From the NCBI GenBank assembly GCA_963664825.1, contig OY761614.1, positions 2,592,001 to 2,656,000 of the forward strand: a stretch of DNA of 64,000 nucleotides. The letters run 5' to 3'. The notes beneath the pieces are model-generated. The model had not been told where the DNA came from. It worked only from the letters and a program-made list of their open reading frames with translations, and did no database searches. Source of the DNA: an uncultured Holophaga sp. (GTDB taxonomy: Bacteria > Acidobacteriota > Holophagae > Holophagales > Holophagaceae). How positions within the stretch are numbered: the stretch's first letter is position 1; every line of letters begins with the position of its first letter. Positions 31,956 to 42,456 of the stretch are shown here, piece by piece. The translations under genes and the position numbers were made by a program.

Positions 31956-32041
31956 AAACGAGTCGATCCCCGAGTGGATTTTCGGCTTGCCTGCTTCCGA
32001 GGCTCCAGCTACACTAAGTGCTCTGGGGATTTCCGCCCCAC

Positions 32042-32118
32042 GGTTCCTTAGCTCAGTTGGTTAGAGCATCTGACTCTTAATCAGAGGGTCCTGGGTTCGA
32101 GTCCCAGAGGGACCACCA
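32042..32118 (+). tRNA. tRNA-Lys(CTT)
   Basis: Cloverleaf: GGTTCCT/AGGGACC acceptor, anticodon arm TCTGA-CTCTTAA-TCAGA, GGTTCGAGTCC T-arm, encoded CCA. Confidence 0.97.
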
Positions 32119-32160
32119 ACAAAAAGCCCTGAAACGTAACAGTTTCAGGGCTTTTTGTTG
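32117..32160 (+). terminator. Intrinsic terminator after the tRNA
   Basis: CAACAAAAAGCCCTGAAAC...GTTTCAGGGCTTTTTGTTG. Confidence 0.88.
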
Positions 32161-32263
32161 TGGATCCAGCAGGGACCAAAAGATCGGCATCCGGGTAAAC
32201 CCGAATCCCCGCTGCCGTGGCAGACTTGAGAAGGATGAACCACAGCGAACGCAGAGACACACG

Positions 32264-33001
32264 ATGATTCCCCTGGAACGCCTGCCGGGTTTCGGGCAAT
32301 GGGGCCGGGCCCTGGGGGATCTGCTGGCACGGCCCGAACCGATCTGGATCCACGGCGGAGCTGGCTGTGGATCCAGCACCCTGGGGCTGGAACTGGCCCG
32401 GCGGCGGGGGGCGGCTTTCCTGGACGATGGGGACCAATTGAGTGAAACGGACCTGGAGGATTGGCTGCGGGCCCATCCCGGCGGCGTCCTGGCGGCCCAT
32501 CGGCCACCGGAAGGGGGGCATTGCCTGGTGCTGCGCCTCCCTGCGCTTTCGGAGGATCCCGCCTCCCTGCTCGGTTGCCTGGCGATCTTGGCCGAGGAAG
32601 AGGGTTGTGTGGGGACCCTGCCGTCGGCTCTCGCCCGCCTGCCCTGTCCCGGTAACCTGCGGGGGCTGCGCAATCGCGTGGTGCGCTGGAAGCTCCTGGG
32701 GCAACTGCCCGAGGAGGGGCCCGCAGCGCTCGGCGAAGGGCCCCTTCCCCTGGATTCCGATGATCTGGCGACCAATCTCCATATCCTGGAGCGTCTGCTC
32801 CTCCACCGGGTCCTGCGCCGGAGCTACGGCAACCGCGTGGAGGCCGCCCAGCGCCTGGGGGTGAGCCGCCGCCAGCTCTACCTGCTGATCGCCCGGCACG
32901 GGGACCCTGTGCGGGGCGAGGCGCCCACCAGCGATGGCCCTAAACGGTTGGGAAAGGCGCGAATGCGCCAAAACTCCAGTCCGGTCCCTTCGTCCCGATA
33001 A
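32264..33001 (+). CDS. Degenerate sigma54-activator-like protein with Fis HTH
   Basis: Decayed Walker A (GGAGCGSS), FLDD, CPGNLRGLRN, GNRVEAAQRLGVSRRQLY; no GAFTGA. Confidence 0.75.
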   Translation: MIPLERLPGFGQWGRALGDLLARPEPIWIHGGAGCGSSTLGLELARRRGAAFLDDGDQLSETDLEDWLRAHPGGVLAAHRPPEGGHCLVLRLPALSEDPASLLGCLAILAEEEGCVGTLPSALARLPCPGNLRGLRNRVVRWKLLGQLPEEGPAALGEGPLPLDSDDLATNLHILERLLLHRVLRRSYGNRVEAAQRLGVSRRQLYLLIARHGDPVRGEAPTSDGPKRLGKARMRQNSSPVPSSR

Positions 33002-33040
33002 CCCTTTCGAATACTGTCTCGGTCTTGACTGGAAGAACTC

Positions 33041-34549
33041 ATGGCAAATCCTTTGCGGGTCCTGGTGGTGGATGACGATCCCGGCATGCGGGACGGCATG
33101 GCCATGAGTCTGAAACGGGCCGGTTTTGTCACCGAACAGGCCAAGAGCGGCGAGGACGCCCTGCGCATGACCCGCCCGGGGGCCTTCGACGCCGTGGTGA
33201 CCGATCTGCGGATGATGGGCATGGATGGGCTTCAGCTCACGGCTCGCCTCAAGGCCCTGGATCCTGGGATGCCTGTGCTGCTGGTGACGGCCTTCAGCAG
33301 TCTGGATACGGCCCGGGAGGCCATGCGCCTGGGGGCCTTCGATTACCTCTCCAAGCCCTTCAGCCCCGATGAGCTGGTGAACGCGGTGCGCAAGGCCATC
33401 CAGAGCGATGCGCACCTCAAGGCCGAAGAACCCGGCGATGCGCCGGTGATCCTCACGCAGGATCCGGTGCTCGCCGAGACCCTGGCCCTGGCGCGGCGGG
33501 CGGCGGACAGCCGGGCCACCATCCTCATCCAGGCCGAGAGCGGCACGGGCAAGGAACTCCTGGCCAAGCTCATCCATGCTTCCAGTCCCCGGCGCAAGGG
33601 GGCCTTCGTGGCCATCAATTGCGCGGCCATCCCCGAGAACCTGCTGGAGAGCGAACTCTTCGGCTACGAGAAGGGGGCCTTCACCGGCGCCACTAGCGCC
33701 AAGTCGGGTCGCTTCGAGATGGCCGAAGGCGGCACCCTGGTGCTTGACGAGATCGGCGAACTGCCGCTGGCCCTCCAGGGCAAGCTCCTGCGGGTCCTCC
33801 AGGAACGGGCGGTGGATCGGCTGGGGGGGAACCGGCCCATCCAGGTGGATGTGCGGATGATCGCCCTTACTAATCGCGATCTGGCCACGGAGGTCAAGGA
33901 AGGGCGCTTCCGGGAGGATCTCTACTATCGCCTCAATGTCATCCCTCTTCGCCTGCCGCCCCTGCGGGAGCGCACGGCCGATCTCGTGCTGCTGGCCCTC
34001 CATTTCGCCGAGCGCTACGCCCGGGAGAACGACCGGGCCACCCCCAAGCTCTCCCCCAGCTTCCTGGAAGCCCTGAACCGCCATGCCTGGCCGGGCAATA
34101 TCCGGGAACTGGAAAACGCCATCCAGCGCTGCGTGGTGCTGAATCCCGGCAATATGCTCACGGAAAAGGATCTGCGCTGGTTGCTCGACCCCGAACAGAT
34201 GGAGGGCCTGCCCGAGGATCCGCCGGAACCCGCTATCGAGAGCCCTTCGTTGCCCCAGGTTGTGAGCCTCCCGCCCGAATTGCCTTCCGGCGTGGTGATT
34301 GCCGATCCCGGCCATCCCCTCCGGGACACCCCTCTAGGCACGCTGGTGGCGCTGCCTCTGGGGCTCTCCCTGCCGGAACTGGAGCGCTTCTGGTTGCTCT
34401 CGACCCTGGGGGCCCTGGAGGGCAACCGCACCCACTGCGCCCAGCAGCTCGATATCGCCCTGCGCACGGTGCGCAACAAGATCAACGAGTACCGTCTTGA
34501 GAATTTCGAAATCCCCGCCAGCGGCCATGGGAAGGACAACGGCGACTGA
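33041..34549 (+). CDS. Sigma54-dependent response regulator (NtrC/FleR type)
   Basis: [30 protein letters not shown], Fis HTH. Confidence 0.96.
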   Translation: MANPLRVLVVDDDPGMRDGMAMSLKRAGFVTEQAKSGEDALRMTRPGAFDAVVTDLRMMGMDGLQLTARLKALDPGMPVLLVTAFSSLDTAREAMRLGAFDYLSKPFSPDELVNAVRKAIQSDAHLKAEEPGDAPVILTQDPVLAETLALARRAADSRATILIQAESGTGKELLAKLIHASSPRRKGAFVAINCAAIPENLLESELFGYEKGAFTGATSAKSGRFEMAEGGTLVLDEIGELPLALQGKLLRVLQERAVDRLGGNRPIQVDVRMIALTNRDLATEVKEGRFREDLYYRLNVIPLRLPPLRERTADLVLLALHFAERYARENDRATPKLSPSFLEALNRHAWPGNIRELENAIQRCVVLNPGNMLTEKDLRWLLDPEQMEGLPEDPPEPAIESPSLPQVVSLPPELPSGVVIADPGHPLRDTPLGTLVALPLGLSLPELERFWLLSTLGALEGNRTHCAQQLDIALRTVRNKINEYRLENFEIPASGHGKDNGD

Positions 34550-34563
34550 TGCGGTTCCGCCCT

Positions 34564-35226
34564 TCAAAAGAACAGATTCAACGCGGAGGCACGGAGTTCA
34601 CGGAGGAAAGCAGGTGGAGAAACACCTGGCTCTTGTAGGATCATCTCCGCGCCTCTAGGCACGCTGCTGGACGAGGGCCGGAGCAGGGCCGCCTTGCTGA
34701 AGGACACGTGGGGTCGCGCCGCGACGGTGAAACCGGCAGTCTGAGCGGTGCGAAGGGTGGTCTCGAAGGCGGCTCTGGAGACATGCAGGGGCGGCTCCAC
34801 GATGAAAAGGTGCCCCCCTTCCGATAGCAGCTGCCGGGCTTCGCCAAAGAAGGCCCCTTGATCGGGGAGTTCATGCAGCATGTAGAACGCGAGCGCGAAG
34901 TCGACGGAAGGGCAGGGGCCGATCGCGTCGGGCCCGCATGGATGCAGGGATATCCGCCCTTCGAGTGGGGTGCCTTGGATTTTTGCCCGGACCTTCTCGA
35001 GCATCCCCTCTTGCACGTCGGCTGCGATGACCCTGCCGGTGGGCCCGACGAGCTGCGCGAGTGCGAGGGTGAAGAATCCGGGGCCACACCCGAAGTCGAG
35101 GACCGTCATGCCTTCCTGGACATAGGGCCCCAGCAGGCGCAGCGGGTTTTGAAACCACCGTCGAAGCCTGTTATCGAGCCCACCGGCAAGAGCCACGGGG
35201 CACACGCGATCGTTTCTGTCAGCCAT
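34564..35226 (-). CDS. Class I SAM-dependent methyltransferase
   Basis: VLDFGCGPGFFT; the C-terminal tail reads through a repeat-like sequence. Confidence 0.9.
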   Translation of the reverse strand: MADRNDRVCPVALAGGLDNRLRRWFQNPLRLLGPYVQEGMTVLDFGCGPGFFTLALAQLVGPTGRVIAADVQEGMLEKVRAKIQGTPLEGRISLHPCGPDAIGPCPSVDFALAFYMLHELPDQGAFFGEARQLLSEGGHLFIVEPPLHVSRAAFETTLRTAQTAGFTVAARPHVSFSKAALLRPSSSSVPRGAEMILQEPGVSPPAFLRELRASALNLFF

Positions 35227-35247
35227 GCGCGCCTCAAATGTGAAGGT

Positions 35248-36189
35248 CTAGTTCGATTTATTTCGAAGGTATCCCGGCACCTTGAACTCGGTGGTCGTGC
35301 CCCCCTCGTGCCGGTAGAAGCCTGCGGTGATTTCGGCGCCCAGCAGGAAGATGGCGCAGGAATAATAGAGGAAGGTGAGACCGGCCACCATGCTCAGCAT
35401 GGAGCCGTACATGATGCCCCAGGTGAAGGTGTGGTGCAGGTAGACGGCGAAGCCCCACTTGGCCAGCCACCAGAGGGAGGTCGAGATGGCCGAGCCCAGG
35501 AAGGCGTGGCGCCAGTTCACGTGCAGGCGTGGCAGGTGCTGCAGCAGCACGGTCATGGTCAGCAGGAAGAGCAGGGGCGGGAGATAGGGCAGGTATTCCG
35601 CCTGGGGGAAGGGCAGGTGCTTGCTGAGGGCCCCGCCCACCAGGAGGGCGGTGAAGAGCACCAGCAGCACCATGCCCCCCACCAGGACATAGAGTTGGCG
35701 GATCAGGGGGTTCTTGCGAGTCTGGCGGTGCTTCTTGATGCGCAGGCCGAAGACATGGGCCAGGCTCGTGTCCAGCTGGCCGATGCCCCAGTAGCTGCCG
35801 AAGATCAGTACCGGGATGGAGAGCCCCAGGCCTCCGATCTGCTGGCTGTTGCGGATGGAATCCTCCACGAAGCCCGGGGGCAGAAAGGGCACGATGGTCT
35901 CCAGCACGCGCTGGGTGGCTTCCGCGTAGGCTCCCTTGCCGAGGAGCAGTCCCAGCATCTTGAAGAGCAGCGTGCTCATGGGCACCAGGCTGATGATGAA
36001 CCAGAAGCTGAGCCCCGCCGCGTAGCTGAAGCAGTCGTCCCGGTAGTATTTCTTCAGCACTTCCCAGGAGAATCCCACGCCCCTGCCAAAGCGGGGGAAG
36101 GCCTGGGTGATCCGGCGCCAGGAGGCGGTGAGGACGAAACGCAGTACGCGATGCGCTCGCCGCACGCGTGCGCGAGCCCTGGGGAGCAT
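35248..36189 (-). CDS. YihY/BrkB family membrane protein
   Basis: AAGLSFW...SLVP, MYGS...LYYS...LLGAE. Confidence 0.88.
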   Translation of the reverse strand: MLPRARARVRRAHRVLRFVLTASWRRITQAFPRFGRGVGFSWEVLKKYYRDDCFSYAAGLSFWFIISLVPMSTLLFKMLGLLLGKGAYAEATQRVLETIVPFLPPGFVEDSIRNSQQIGGLGLSIPVLIFGSYWGIGQLDTSLAHVFGLRIKKHRQTRKNPLIRQLYVLVGGMVLLVLFTALLVGGALSKHLPFPQAEYLPYLPPLLFLLTMTVLLQHLPRLHVNWRHAFLGSAISTSLWWLAKWGFAVYLHHTFTWGIMYGSMLSMVAGLTFLYYSCAIFLLGAEITAGFYRHEGGTTTEFKVPGYLRNKSN

Positions 36190-36191
36190 GG

Positions 36192-36392
36192 CTAGAACCT
36201 TACGGGGTGCCGGGGCAGCAGGTACATCACCCAGGCCAGCACCAGGCCGATGCCCAGCAGGCCTGCGGCGTGCTTCAGGATACTGATCCGGGTGCGCTCC
36301 GGGCGCAGGGTGGGATGGAGCATGCCTAGCACGGCGGAGATGCCGAGGCCCATCAGGAAGAAATGGAGGATGTGGCTGCTGAGAAAGCGCAT
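36192..36392 (-). CDS. Small membrane protein
   Basis: Two hydrophobic helices, in operon. Confidence 0.7.
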   Translation of the reverse strand: MRFLSSHILHFFLMGLGISAVLGMLHPTLRPERTRISILKHAAGLLGIGLVLAWVMYLLPRHPVRF

Positions 36393-36404
36393 GGAAGAAG
36401 GGTA

Positions 36405-37028
36405 TCAGACCGGGGCCATCTCCAGTGAATCCAGCCAGGTCTTGAGCACAAGGGCCGTGGCGCCCCAGAGGGGGATTCCGGGGAGCTCCAGGCGCCAGGT
36501 TCGGATCTGGATGCCCTGGTAGGTTCGAGCCTCCTCCTTCCAGGGTGCGTCGCGGAGGCCCTTCAGGGGCAGGGTCAGCACGGCCTGGAGCTCTGAGCCG
36601 AGCTGGAAGTGGGGGACCGGAGCCTCCCAGCGGAAAAAGACCGGCGTGAAGCGGGTCCGGGCCTTGGCGACCCCGTCCGGGAAACAGCCCAGCTCCCAGA
36701 GGGGCCCGGTGACACCCAGCTCCTCGGCCAGTTCCCGTCGGGCGGTGGCGGGCAGATCCCGGTCGTGGGCCTCCACCATGCCTCCCGGGAAGGCCAATTC
36801 GCCCGGGTGCTGGGGCGCCGTGGGACCCCGCTGGACGAGCACGATGCGCCGGGCGCCGTCCTCGTGGCCCCAGAGCAGGACGGCCACCGCCGCGCGGCGG
36901 GGGGATTCGGGTTTCCAGGGGCTCATCAGGTGCGGGGAGGTCCGGCGATTGGCGGCCCGCAGGCTGGTTTCGATGAGCGCCCAGGGAATGGGCGGCGCAT
37001 CCTCGGGAGGCATCCAGGCTGCGACCAT
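36405..37028 (-). CDS. Nudix hydrolase (CoA pyrophosphatase-like)
   Basis: HPGELAFPGG...ATARRELAEELG, LWGATA. Confidence 0.9.
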   Translation of the reverse strand: MVAAWMPPEDAPPIPWALIETSLRAANRRTSPHLMSPWKPESPRRAAVAVLLWGHEDGARRIVLVQRGPTAPQHPGELAFPGGMVEAHDRDLPATARRELAEELGVTGPLWELGCFPDGVAKARTRFTPVFFRWEAPVPHFQLGSELQAVLTLPLKGLRDAPWKEEARTYQGIQIRTWRLELPGIPLWGATALVLKTWLDSLEMAPV

Positions 37029-37036
37029 CGCTTTCC

Positions 37037-39262
37037 CTAGCGTGTGGAGCCGAAGATGGAGCCCCTCACCCGCTCCACGGTGAAGACGCCCTTGATCTTC
37101 CGCACCGCGGCCATGAGTTCGACCACATGGTTGCGGTCCTTCACCCTCAGCGCGATGTGGACGAGGCCCGCGCCCCCCTCGGTGGAAGAGGCGTTGAAGC
37201 GCTGCACGCTGAAACCCGCGTGCTGGATGGCGTCCGAGATGGCCGCCACCATGCCGGGCCTATCGGCGGTGCTGACGGCGATCTCCGTATCGAAGAGGCT
37301 CGCGCCCTGCTTGCCCCAGGCCACGCTCACCCGGCGCTCCGGGTTCATGGCGGCGGAAAGGAGATGGGGACAGACCGAGCGATGGATGCTGATGCCGCGA
37401 CCCCGGGTGGTGTAGCCCACGATCTCGTCTCCCCAGATGGGCTTGCAGCACTGGGCCAGGAGGTAGAGGACCCCCACGTTGTCATCGACCAGGATCGTGC
37501 TGTTATCGAAGGAGAGGCTCTTGTCCTCGGCCTTGCGCTGGGTTTCCGGCAGCAGAGGCTCCAGCAGGCGATGGACCGAGATCCGGTTGAAGCCTACGGC
37601 GGCGTAGAAGGCCTCCCACCCGGCCAGTTTCAGCTCCTTGAGCCGCGCCTCCAGGGCCAGATGGACCTGGGGATCCTCCAGATGGATGCTGTGGGAGCGC
37701 GCCTCCCGCTCCAGGTGCTCCCGGCCCATGGCGATGGCGTGGGTGCGCTCCTCTTCGCGGATGTAGGTCTGGATGCGGGATCTGGCGCTGGCGCTCTTGA
37801 CGATGGTGAGCCAGTCGCGGCTGGGCTTGTGATCGGCCCGGGTGAGGATCTCCACCCGGTCGCCATTCTCCAACACGTGGCGCAGGGGGACGATGCGGCC
37901 GCTGACCTTGGCACCCACGCAGTGATGGCCCACCTGGGTGTGGATGGCGTAGGCGAAGTCGATGGGGGTGGAGCCTTCCGGCAGGCTGCGCAGATCGCCC
38001 TTGGGGGTGAAGACCTGGATGCGCCGGATGGAGAGTTCGCCCTTGAGATTGGCCAGGAGATCGCGACTATCCCGGGCATCCTGGTGCAGCTCCACCATGC
38101 GCCGCAGGAAGGAGGCCTGGTTGATCTCCTGGCGATTGGCGATGCGGCCTTCCTTGTAGGTCCAATGGGAGGCGATGCCGGCCTCGGCGTGCTGATGCAT
38201 CTCCACGGTGCGGAACTGCACCTCGAAGCTGTCCCCCGAGGGCATGAAGACCGTGGTGTGGATGCTCTGGTAGCCATTGTCCTTGGGCAGGCTGATGTAG
38301 TCCTTGAAGCGCCCGGGGATGGGCTGGAAGAGGGCGTGCACCAGGCCCATGGCCGTATAGCAGGCGGCACGGTCGGGGCATATCACCCGGTAGGCCAGCC
38401 AGTCGTGGATATCCTCCAGGCCCTTCTCCTGGATGCCCATCTTGCGCCAGATGCCGTAGAGGTGCTTCACCCGGCCATCGACTTCGGCCTTGATTCCTTG
38501 AGTCAGGAGGGCGGCCTTGAGGGTGTGCTGGATCTGGGCGATGAGGGTGGCGTTCTTGGCGCGCTTGGCCTCGACTCCCCGTTTCATCTCCTGGTAGCGC
38601 AGAGGCTCCAGGGTGGCGAAGGCGAGATCCTCCAGTTCGGCACGCACCGCGCCCATGCCCAGCCTGTTGGCCAGGGGGGCGAAGAGCTCCAGGGTCTCCC
38701 GGGCGATGCGGCGCTGCTTCTCCTCCCGCATGGAGCCCAGGGTGCGCATATTGTGGAGGCGGTCGGCCAGCTTCACCAGCAGCACGCGCACATCCTTGCC
38801 CATGGCCACCAGCAGCTTGCGGACATTCTCCGCGTTCATGAGCGTGCGGTCCGTGAAGTCCAGCTTGGACATCTTGGTGAGGCCGTCCACGATCAGGGCG
38901 ATCTCCTCCCCGAAGGCCTTCCGCACATCCTCCTGGGTCATCAGGGTGTCTTCCACCGTGTCGTGCAGCATGCCGCAGGCCACGCTCACCGCGTCCAGGC
39001 GCCACTCCGCCAGGCTGCGCGCCACCGCGAGGGGATGGAAGAAGTAGGGCTCACCGCTCTTGCGGCGCTGGTTCTCGTGGGCGGCCTTGGCCACCTTGAA
39101 GGCCTTGTCCAATAGGGCCACGTCGCTGCCCGGATGGTGCCGCAGGAAGGTCTGCTTCACCAAGCTGTAGGCGCCCTCCTGGGTAGGGCAGCTCTCGAAA
39201 CCCGAAGCGATATCCTCCCCCTCCCGGAGGACGACAGGCTTGGGTTTGGCAGCATCGGTCAT
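37037..39262 (-). CDS. rel: Bifunctional (p)ppGpp synthetase/hydrolase (RelA/SpoT homologue)
   Basis: RKSGEPY, LHDTVED, KLADRLHNMRT, RFKDY, NGYQSIHT, TGS and ACT domains. Confidence 0.96.
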   Translation of the reverse strand: MTDAAKPKPVVLREGEDIASGFESCPTQEGAYSLVKQTFLRHHPGSDVALLDKAFKVAKAAHENQRRKSGEPYFFHPLAVARSLAEWRLDAVSVACGMLHDTVEDTLMTQEDVRKAFGEEIALIVDGLTKMSKLDFTDRTLMNAENVRKLLVAMGKDVRVLLVKLADRLHNMRTLGSMREEKQRRIARETLELFAPLANRLGMGAVRAELEDLAFATLEPLRYQEMKRGVEAKRAKNATLIAQIQHTLKAALLTQGIKAEVDGRVKHLYGIWRKMGIQEKGLEDIHDWLAYRVICPDRAACYTAMGLVHALFQPIPGRFKDYISLPKDNGYQSIHTTVFMPSGDSFEVQFRTVEMHQHAEAGIASHWTYKEGRIANRQEINQASFLRRMVELHQDARDSRDLLANLKGELSIRRIQVFTPKGDLRSLPEGSTPIDFAYAIHTQVGHHCVGAKVSGRIVPLRHVLENGDRVEILTRADHKPSRDWLTIVKSASARSRIQTYIREEERTHAIAMGREHLEREARSHSIHLEDPQVHLALEARLKELKLAGWEAFYAAVGFNRISVHRLLEPLLPETQRKAEDKSLSFDNSTILVDDNVGVLYLLAQCCKPIWGDEIVGYTTRGRGISIHRSVCPHLLSAAMNPERRVSVAWGKQGASLFDTEIAVSTADRPGMVAAISDAIQHAGFSVQRFNASSTEGGAGLVHIALRVKDRNHVVELMAAVRKIKGVFTVERVRGSIFGSTR

Positions 39263-39317
39263 GCCATTGAGTTTGCGCCAGGGAGCCCCGGCATTCCAGG
39301 GGTGGACTGGACTTAGA

Positions 39318-41033
39318 TCAGAAATCCTGGGTCAGCTCGGCCACCAGCTCCCGGACATTGACCAGTTCCCGCAGCTTCCAGCCGTTGCTGCCAGTGAAGA
39401 AGAGCCCGGTTTTCTTCAATCCCGTCCGAGCGTCCTCCAGGCAGTCGGCGATGCAGTAGCCCACGTCTCGGGCGCCCTTTCCGTGGGCGCAGGGGGTCAG
39501 GCAGTTGCTGATGCAGCGGATGGGAGGCGCTGTGCCCTCCTCGATGGAGGATTGCAGCTCGGTGACCACCGCCCGGCCGGGCATGCCCACCGGGGACTTG
39601 ACCAGGCGGATGTCCTCGCGCTTGGCCCGGAGGATGACCTCCTTGAAGACAGGATCGGCGTCGCATTCGAGGGTGCCGATGAAGCGGGTGGCCATCTGGA
39701 CGCCACCGGCCCCCATGGCCAGGAAGCGGTCGATATCGGCCCGGTCCCAGACGCCCCCGGCCACGATCACCGGGAAGTCCCCCCACTTGTTCCGTTCCTC
39801 GATGACGGGGCCGAGGAGGTGCTCGACGGCGAAGGCGGGATCCCCGCACTGCTCGACGCTGAAGCCCTGATGGCCGCCGGATTCGGGGCCCTCCAGCACC
39901 ACGGCGTCCGGCAGGCGGTTGAATTTTCGCTGCCAGGTCTTGCAGATGAGGCCCAGGGCCCGGGCCGAGGAAACGATGGGCACCAGCGCCACATCTGCGT
40001 CGCCCACATAGTCGGGAAGGCTCATGGGCAGGCCCGCGCCGGAGATGATGAGCCGGGCGCCCGCAGCCACAGAGGCCCTCACGGCTCCTTCGTAGCCCTG
40101 GATGGCGCAGAGGATATTCACACCCACCGCTCCCCTGCCTTCGGAGATGCGGATGGCTTCCTTGAGAATCCGGGCCAGCGCCTCCGGGTTGTTCAGGCTC
40201 TCCGGGCCATAGGGGCGGCCCTGGAGGTGTTCCACCAGTTCCGGGAAGCGGTTGCCGGTGCCGATGGCCGATACGATGCCGACGCAACCCGCCCGGGCGG
40301 CAGCGCCCGCCAGCTTCTCCCAGGATACGCCGATGCCCATGCCGCCCTGGACGATGGGGTAGCGCACTTCCAGATTGCGGATCTTCAGGCTGGGCAGGGG
40401 GGCGGCGCCCTCTCCCAGCACATGAGCGGGAAGGCTGGCCAGATTCGAAAAGCCCGGAATTTCGGCGGCGGCGCCGGAGTGGAGCAGGGCCGGAGAGCGC
40501 AGCTGAAGGCCCGCCACCCCTTCGATCTTCAGGAGGGTCTGGGCCTCGCCCAGATCCTTACCGGCCTCGGCCAGCAGGGGGAGTCCTGTGCGGCGGTGGA
40601 TCTCGGCCAGGCGTTCCGGGAGATCCGGGCCCTCCTCCACCACGAGGACATCGGCGCCGTCCCGGGCGGTGCGTTCGGCTTCATCGGGGCTCTGGACGAA
40701 GGCCAGCCGGGGGATGCCGCAATTCTGGAGGCTCTCGAGCAGTTCGGGCGCAGGATTTGGGCCGTGGGCCAGGAAGGGCACGCCGCGCTGGCGGGCCAGT
40801 TCCACCACTTCCTTGAAACGATCCATGAGGCCCTTGAGATCCAGTCCGGCCCCTCGGGCCTTCTCGATCCAGGCCTCCAGTTCCCCTTCGCCGGGAAAGG
40901 CCGGCACCCTCAGCATGCCCAGGGCGCCGCCCTGAGCCATGGCCCCCGCAAGTTCCGGCCCTTGGCCGGGAAACCAGCCCTGCAAGAGCCAGGGTCCAGC
41001 CCCTGCGGGGTCAAGCTTGGGGAAAAGGTTCAT
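39318..41033 (-). CDS. Nitronate monooxygenase/FabK-like flavoprotein with an extra N-terminal degenerate domain
   Basis: PIVQGGMGIGVS, ISGAGLP, EGPESGGHQG, GVQMATRF; ~210-aa N-terminal extension. Confidence 0.85.
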   Translation of the reverse strand: MNLFPKLDPAGAGPWLLQGWFPGQGPELAGAMAQGGALGMLRVPAFPGEGELEAWIEKARGAGLDLKGLMDRFKEVVELARQRGVPFLAHGPNPAPELLESLQNCGIPRLAFVQSPDEAERTARDGADVLVVEEGPDLPERLAEIHRRTGLPLLAEAGKDLGEAQTLLKIEGVAGLQLRSPALLHSGAAAEIPGFSNLASLPAHVLGEGAAPLPSLKIRNLEVRYPIVQGGMGIGVSWEKLAGAAARAGCVGIVSAIGTGNRFPELVEHLQGRPYGPESLNNPEALARILKEAIRISEGRGAVGVNILCAIQGYEGAVRASVAAGARLIISGAGLPMSLPDYVGDADVALVPIVSSARALGLICKTWQRKFNRLPDAVVLEGPESGGHQGFSVEQCGDPAFAVEHLLGPVIEERNKWGDFPVIVAGGVWDRADIDRFLAMGAGGVQMATRFIGTLECDADPVFKEVILRAKREDIRLVKSPVGMPGRAVVTELQSSIEEGTAPPIRCISNCLTPCAHGKGARDVGYCIADCLEDARTGLKKTGLFFTGSNGWKLRELVNVRELVAELTQDF

Positions 41034-41242
41034 CCGCTGCCTCCGAGATCCTGCCTTCCATCCGGAGCCTTGAAGGTTCACGAATGTCTCCAGTCTACCC
41101 TGTTCCTGGCTTTTCCCGGGGGGGCGGGCCCAGGTCCCGAGGTTGGTGTCAGCCTTTCGCAGCCAGGGACGGCCCAAGGACCCCCAACGGGAAGGCCGCA
41201 AGGCCTTTAGTCTCCTGCGAAAGATCTCCTAAGATGGAGGCT

Positions 41243-42370
41243 ATGCGCGAAACGCCACCGTTGATGGAACTCGAGGACGCTTTGGCCCTGTTGGCCGAGG
41301 CTCTGCCTTCGCCGGAGGCGGCGGCGATCCGGGCCGATCGGGATGATCCCGCCCTGGGCCGCAGCACCATGGACGGCATCGTCCTCCGGGCCGCCGATGG
41401 CCTGGAGGCCCGGAGGCTCCTCGGCACGCTCTACGCGGGCGATGACCCGGCGCCCTTTCGGGTGGAGCCCGGGGGGTGCCTCAGGATCATGACCGGCGCC
41501 TGCATTCCCGAGGGGGGGGATGCGGTGGTTCCCCTCGAGGGCCTGCAGGACCTGAATGGCCTCTGGGTGCCGCTCCAGATGCCCTGCCCCGGGGACTTCA
41601 TCCGCTCCCGAGGGGATCAGGCCCGGGCCGGGTCGCTGCTGCTTCCCCCCGGGAAACCCCTGAATGCCGCCCGTAGGGGCCTGATGGCCCAGGTGGGGTT
41701 GCCCATTCCCGCCCTGACGCGTATCCGGGTCGGCATCGCGTCCACCGGGGACGAATTACGGGGAGAACCCGCGCCCTGGCAGATCCGTGATTCCAATGGC
41801 CCCATGATGGCGGCCCTGGCCCATGCCCTCGGGGCCGAGGTCCTGGAGCTGCCCCCGGTGCCGGATGATCCGGCCGCCGTGGCGCGTTTCTTTAGGGGCC
41901 GCCAGGATTGTCGGATCGTGTTCACGGCCGGGGGCGTGTCCATGGGGGAGAAGGATCATCTGCCCCGGGTGCTGGCGGAGCTGGGGGCGCGCATCCTCTT
42001 CCACAAGATCCGCCTGAAACCTGGGAAACCCACACTGGCGGCCATCCTGGGCGATCTCGTGGTCCTGTGCCTGCCGGGAAATCCCGTGGCCGCCTATCTC
42101 AACACGCTGCTCTTCCTGCCCGTGATCCTGGCGCGCCTGGAGGGGCGGGCCCTGCCGGATCCCTGGCGGCCCGGGTGCCTGGAGAATCCCGTTTCCAACC
42201 CCGGGGAACGCCCCCTGCTGCACCCCTGCCTCCGGGAAGGGGATCGGCTGAAGCCCCTGCCCAGCCGGGGATCGGCCGATCTGGTCCGGCTGGCCCAGGC
42301 CGATGTCTGCGCCTGGATCCCCCAGGGCGGCGCCCAGGCTGGGCCCGTGAAATACCTCGAACTGATCTGA
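41243..42370 (+). CDS. moeA: Molybdopterin molybdotransferase MoeA
   Basis: STMDG, IMTGA, STGDEL, DSNG, GGVSMGEKD, KPGKP, LPGNP. Confidence 0.93.
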   Translation: MRETPPLMELEDALALLAEALPSPEAAAIRADRDDPALGRSTMDGIVLRAADGLEARRLLGTLYAGDDPAPFRVEPGGCLRIMTGACIPEGGDAVVPLEGLQDLNGLWVPLQMPCPGDFIRSRGDQARAGSLLLPPGKPLNAARRGLMAQVGLPIPALTRIRVGIASTGDELRGEPAPWQIRDSNGPMMAALAHALGAEVLELPPVPDDPAAVARFFRGRQDCRIVFTAGGVSMGEKDHLPRVLAELGARILFHKIRLKPGKPTLAAILGDLVVLCLPGNPVAAYLNTLLFLPVILARLEGRALPDPWRPGCLENPVSNPGERPLLHPCLREGDRLKPLPSRGSADLVRLAQADVCAWIPQGGAQAGPVKYLELI

Positions 42371-42456
42371 AGATGGTGGGACGGGAAGAAGTGACGTAAT
42401 TTGCGGAATACCCCACGGGTAGCACGTCCCCGTTCGTCTGGTCCCACGAGCGTCCC

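Noticed and set aside
32042..32160. tRNA-Lys as an island integration site
   Set aside because: Followed directly by a terminator and backbone-like genes; no 3' duplicate or integrase seen
34331..34666. 15-bp direct repeat CCTCTAGGCACGCTG at 34331 and 34652
   Set aside because: Both copies lie inside coding sequence and bracket no element; chance cannot be excluded
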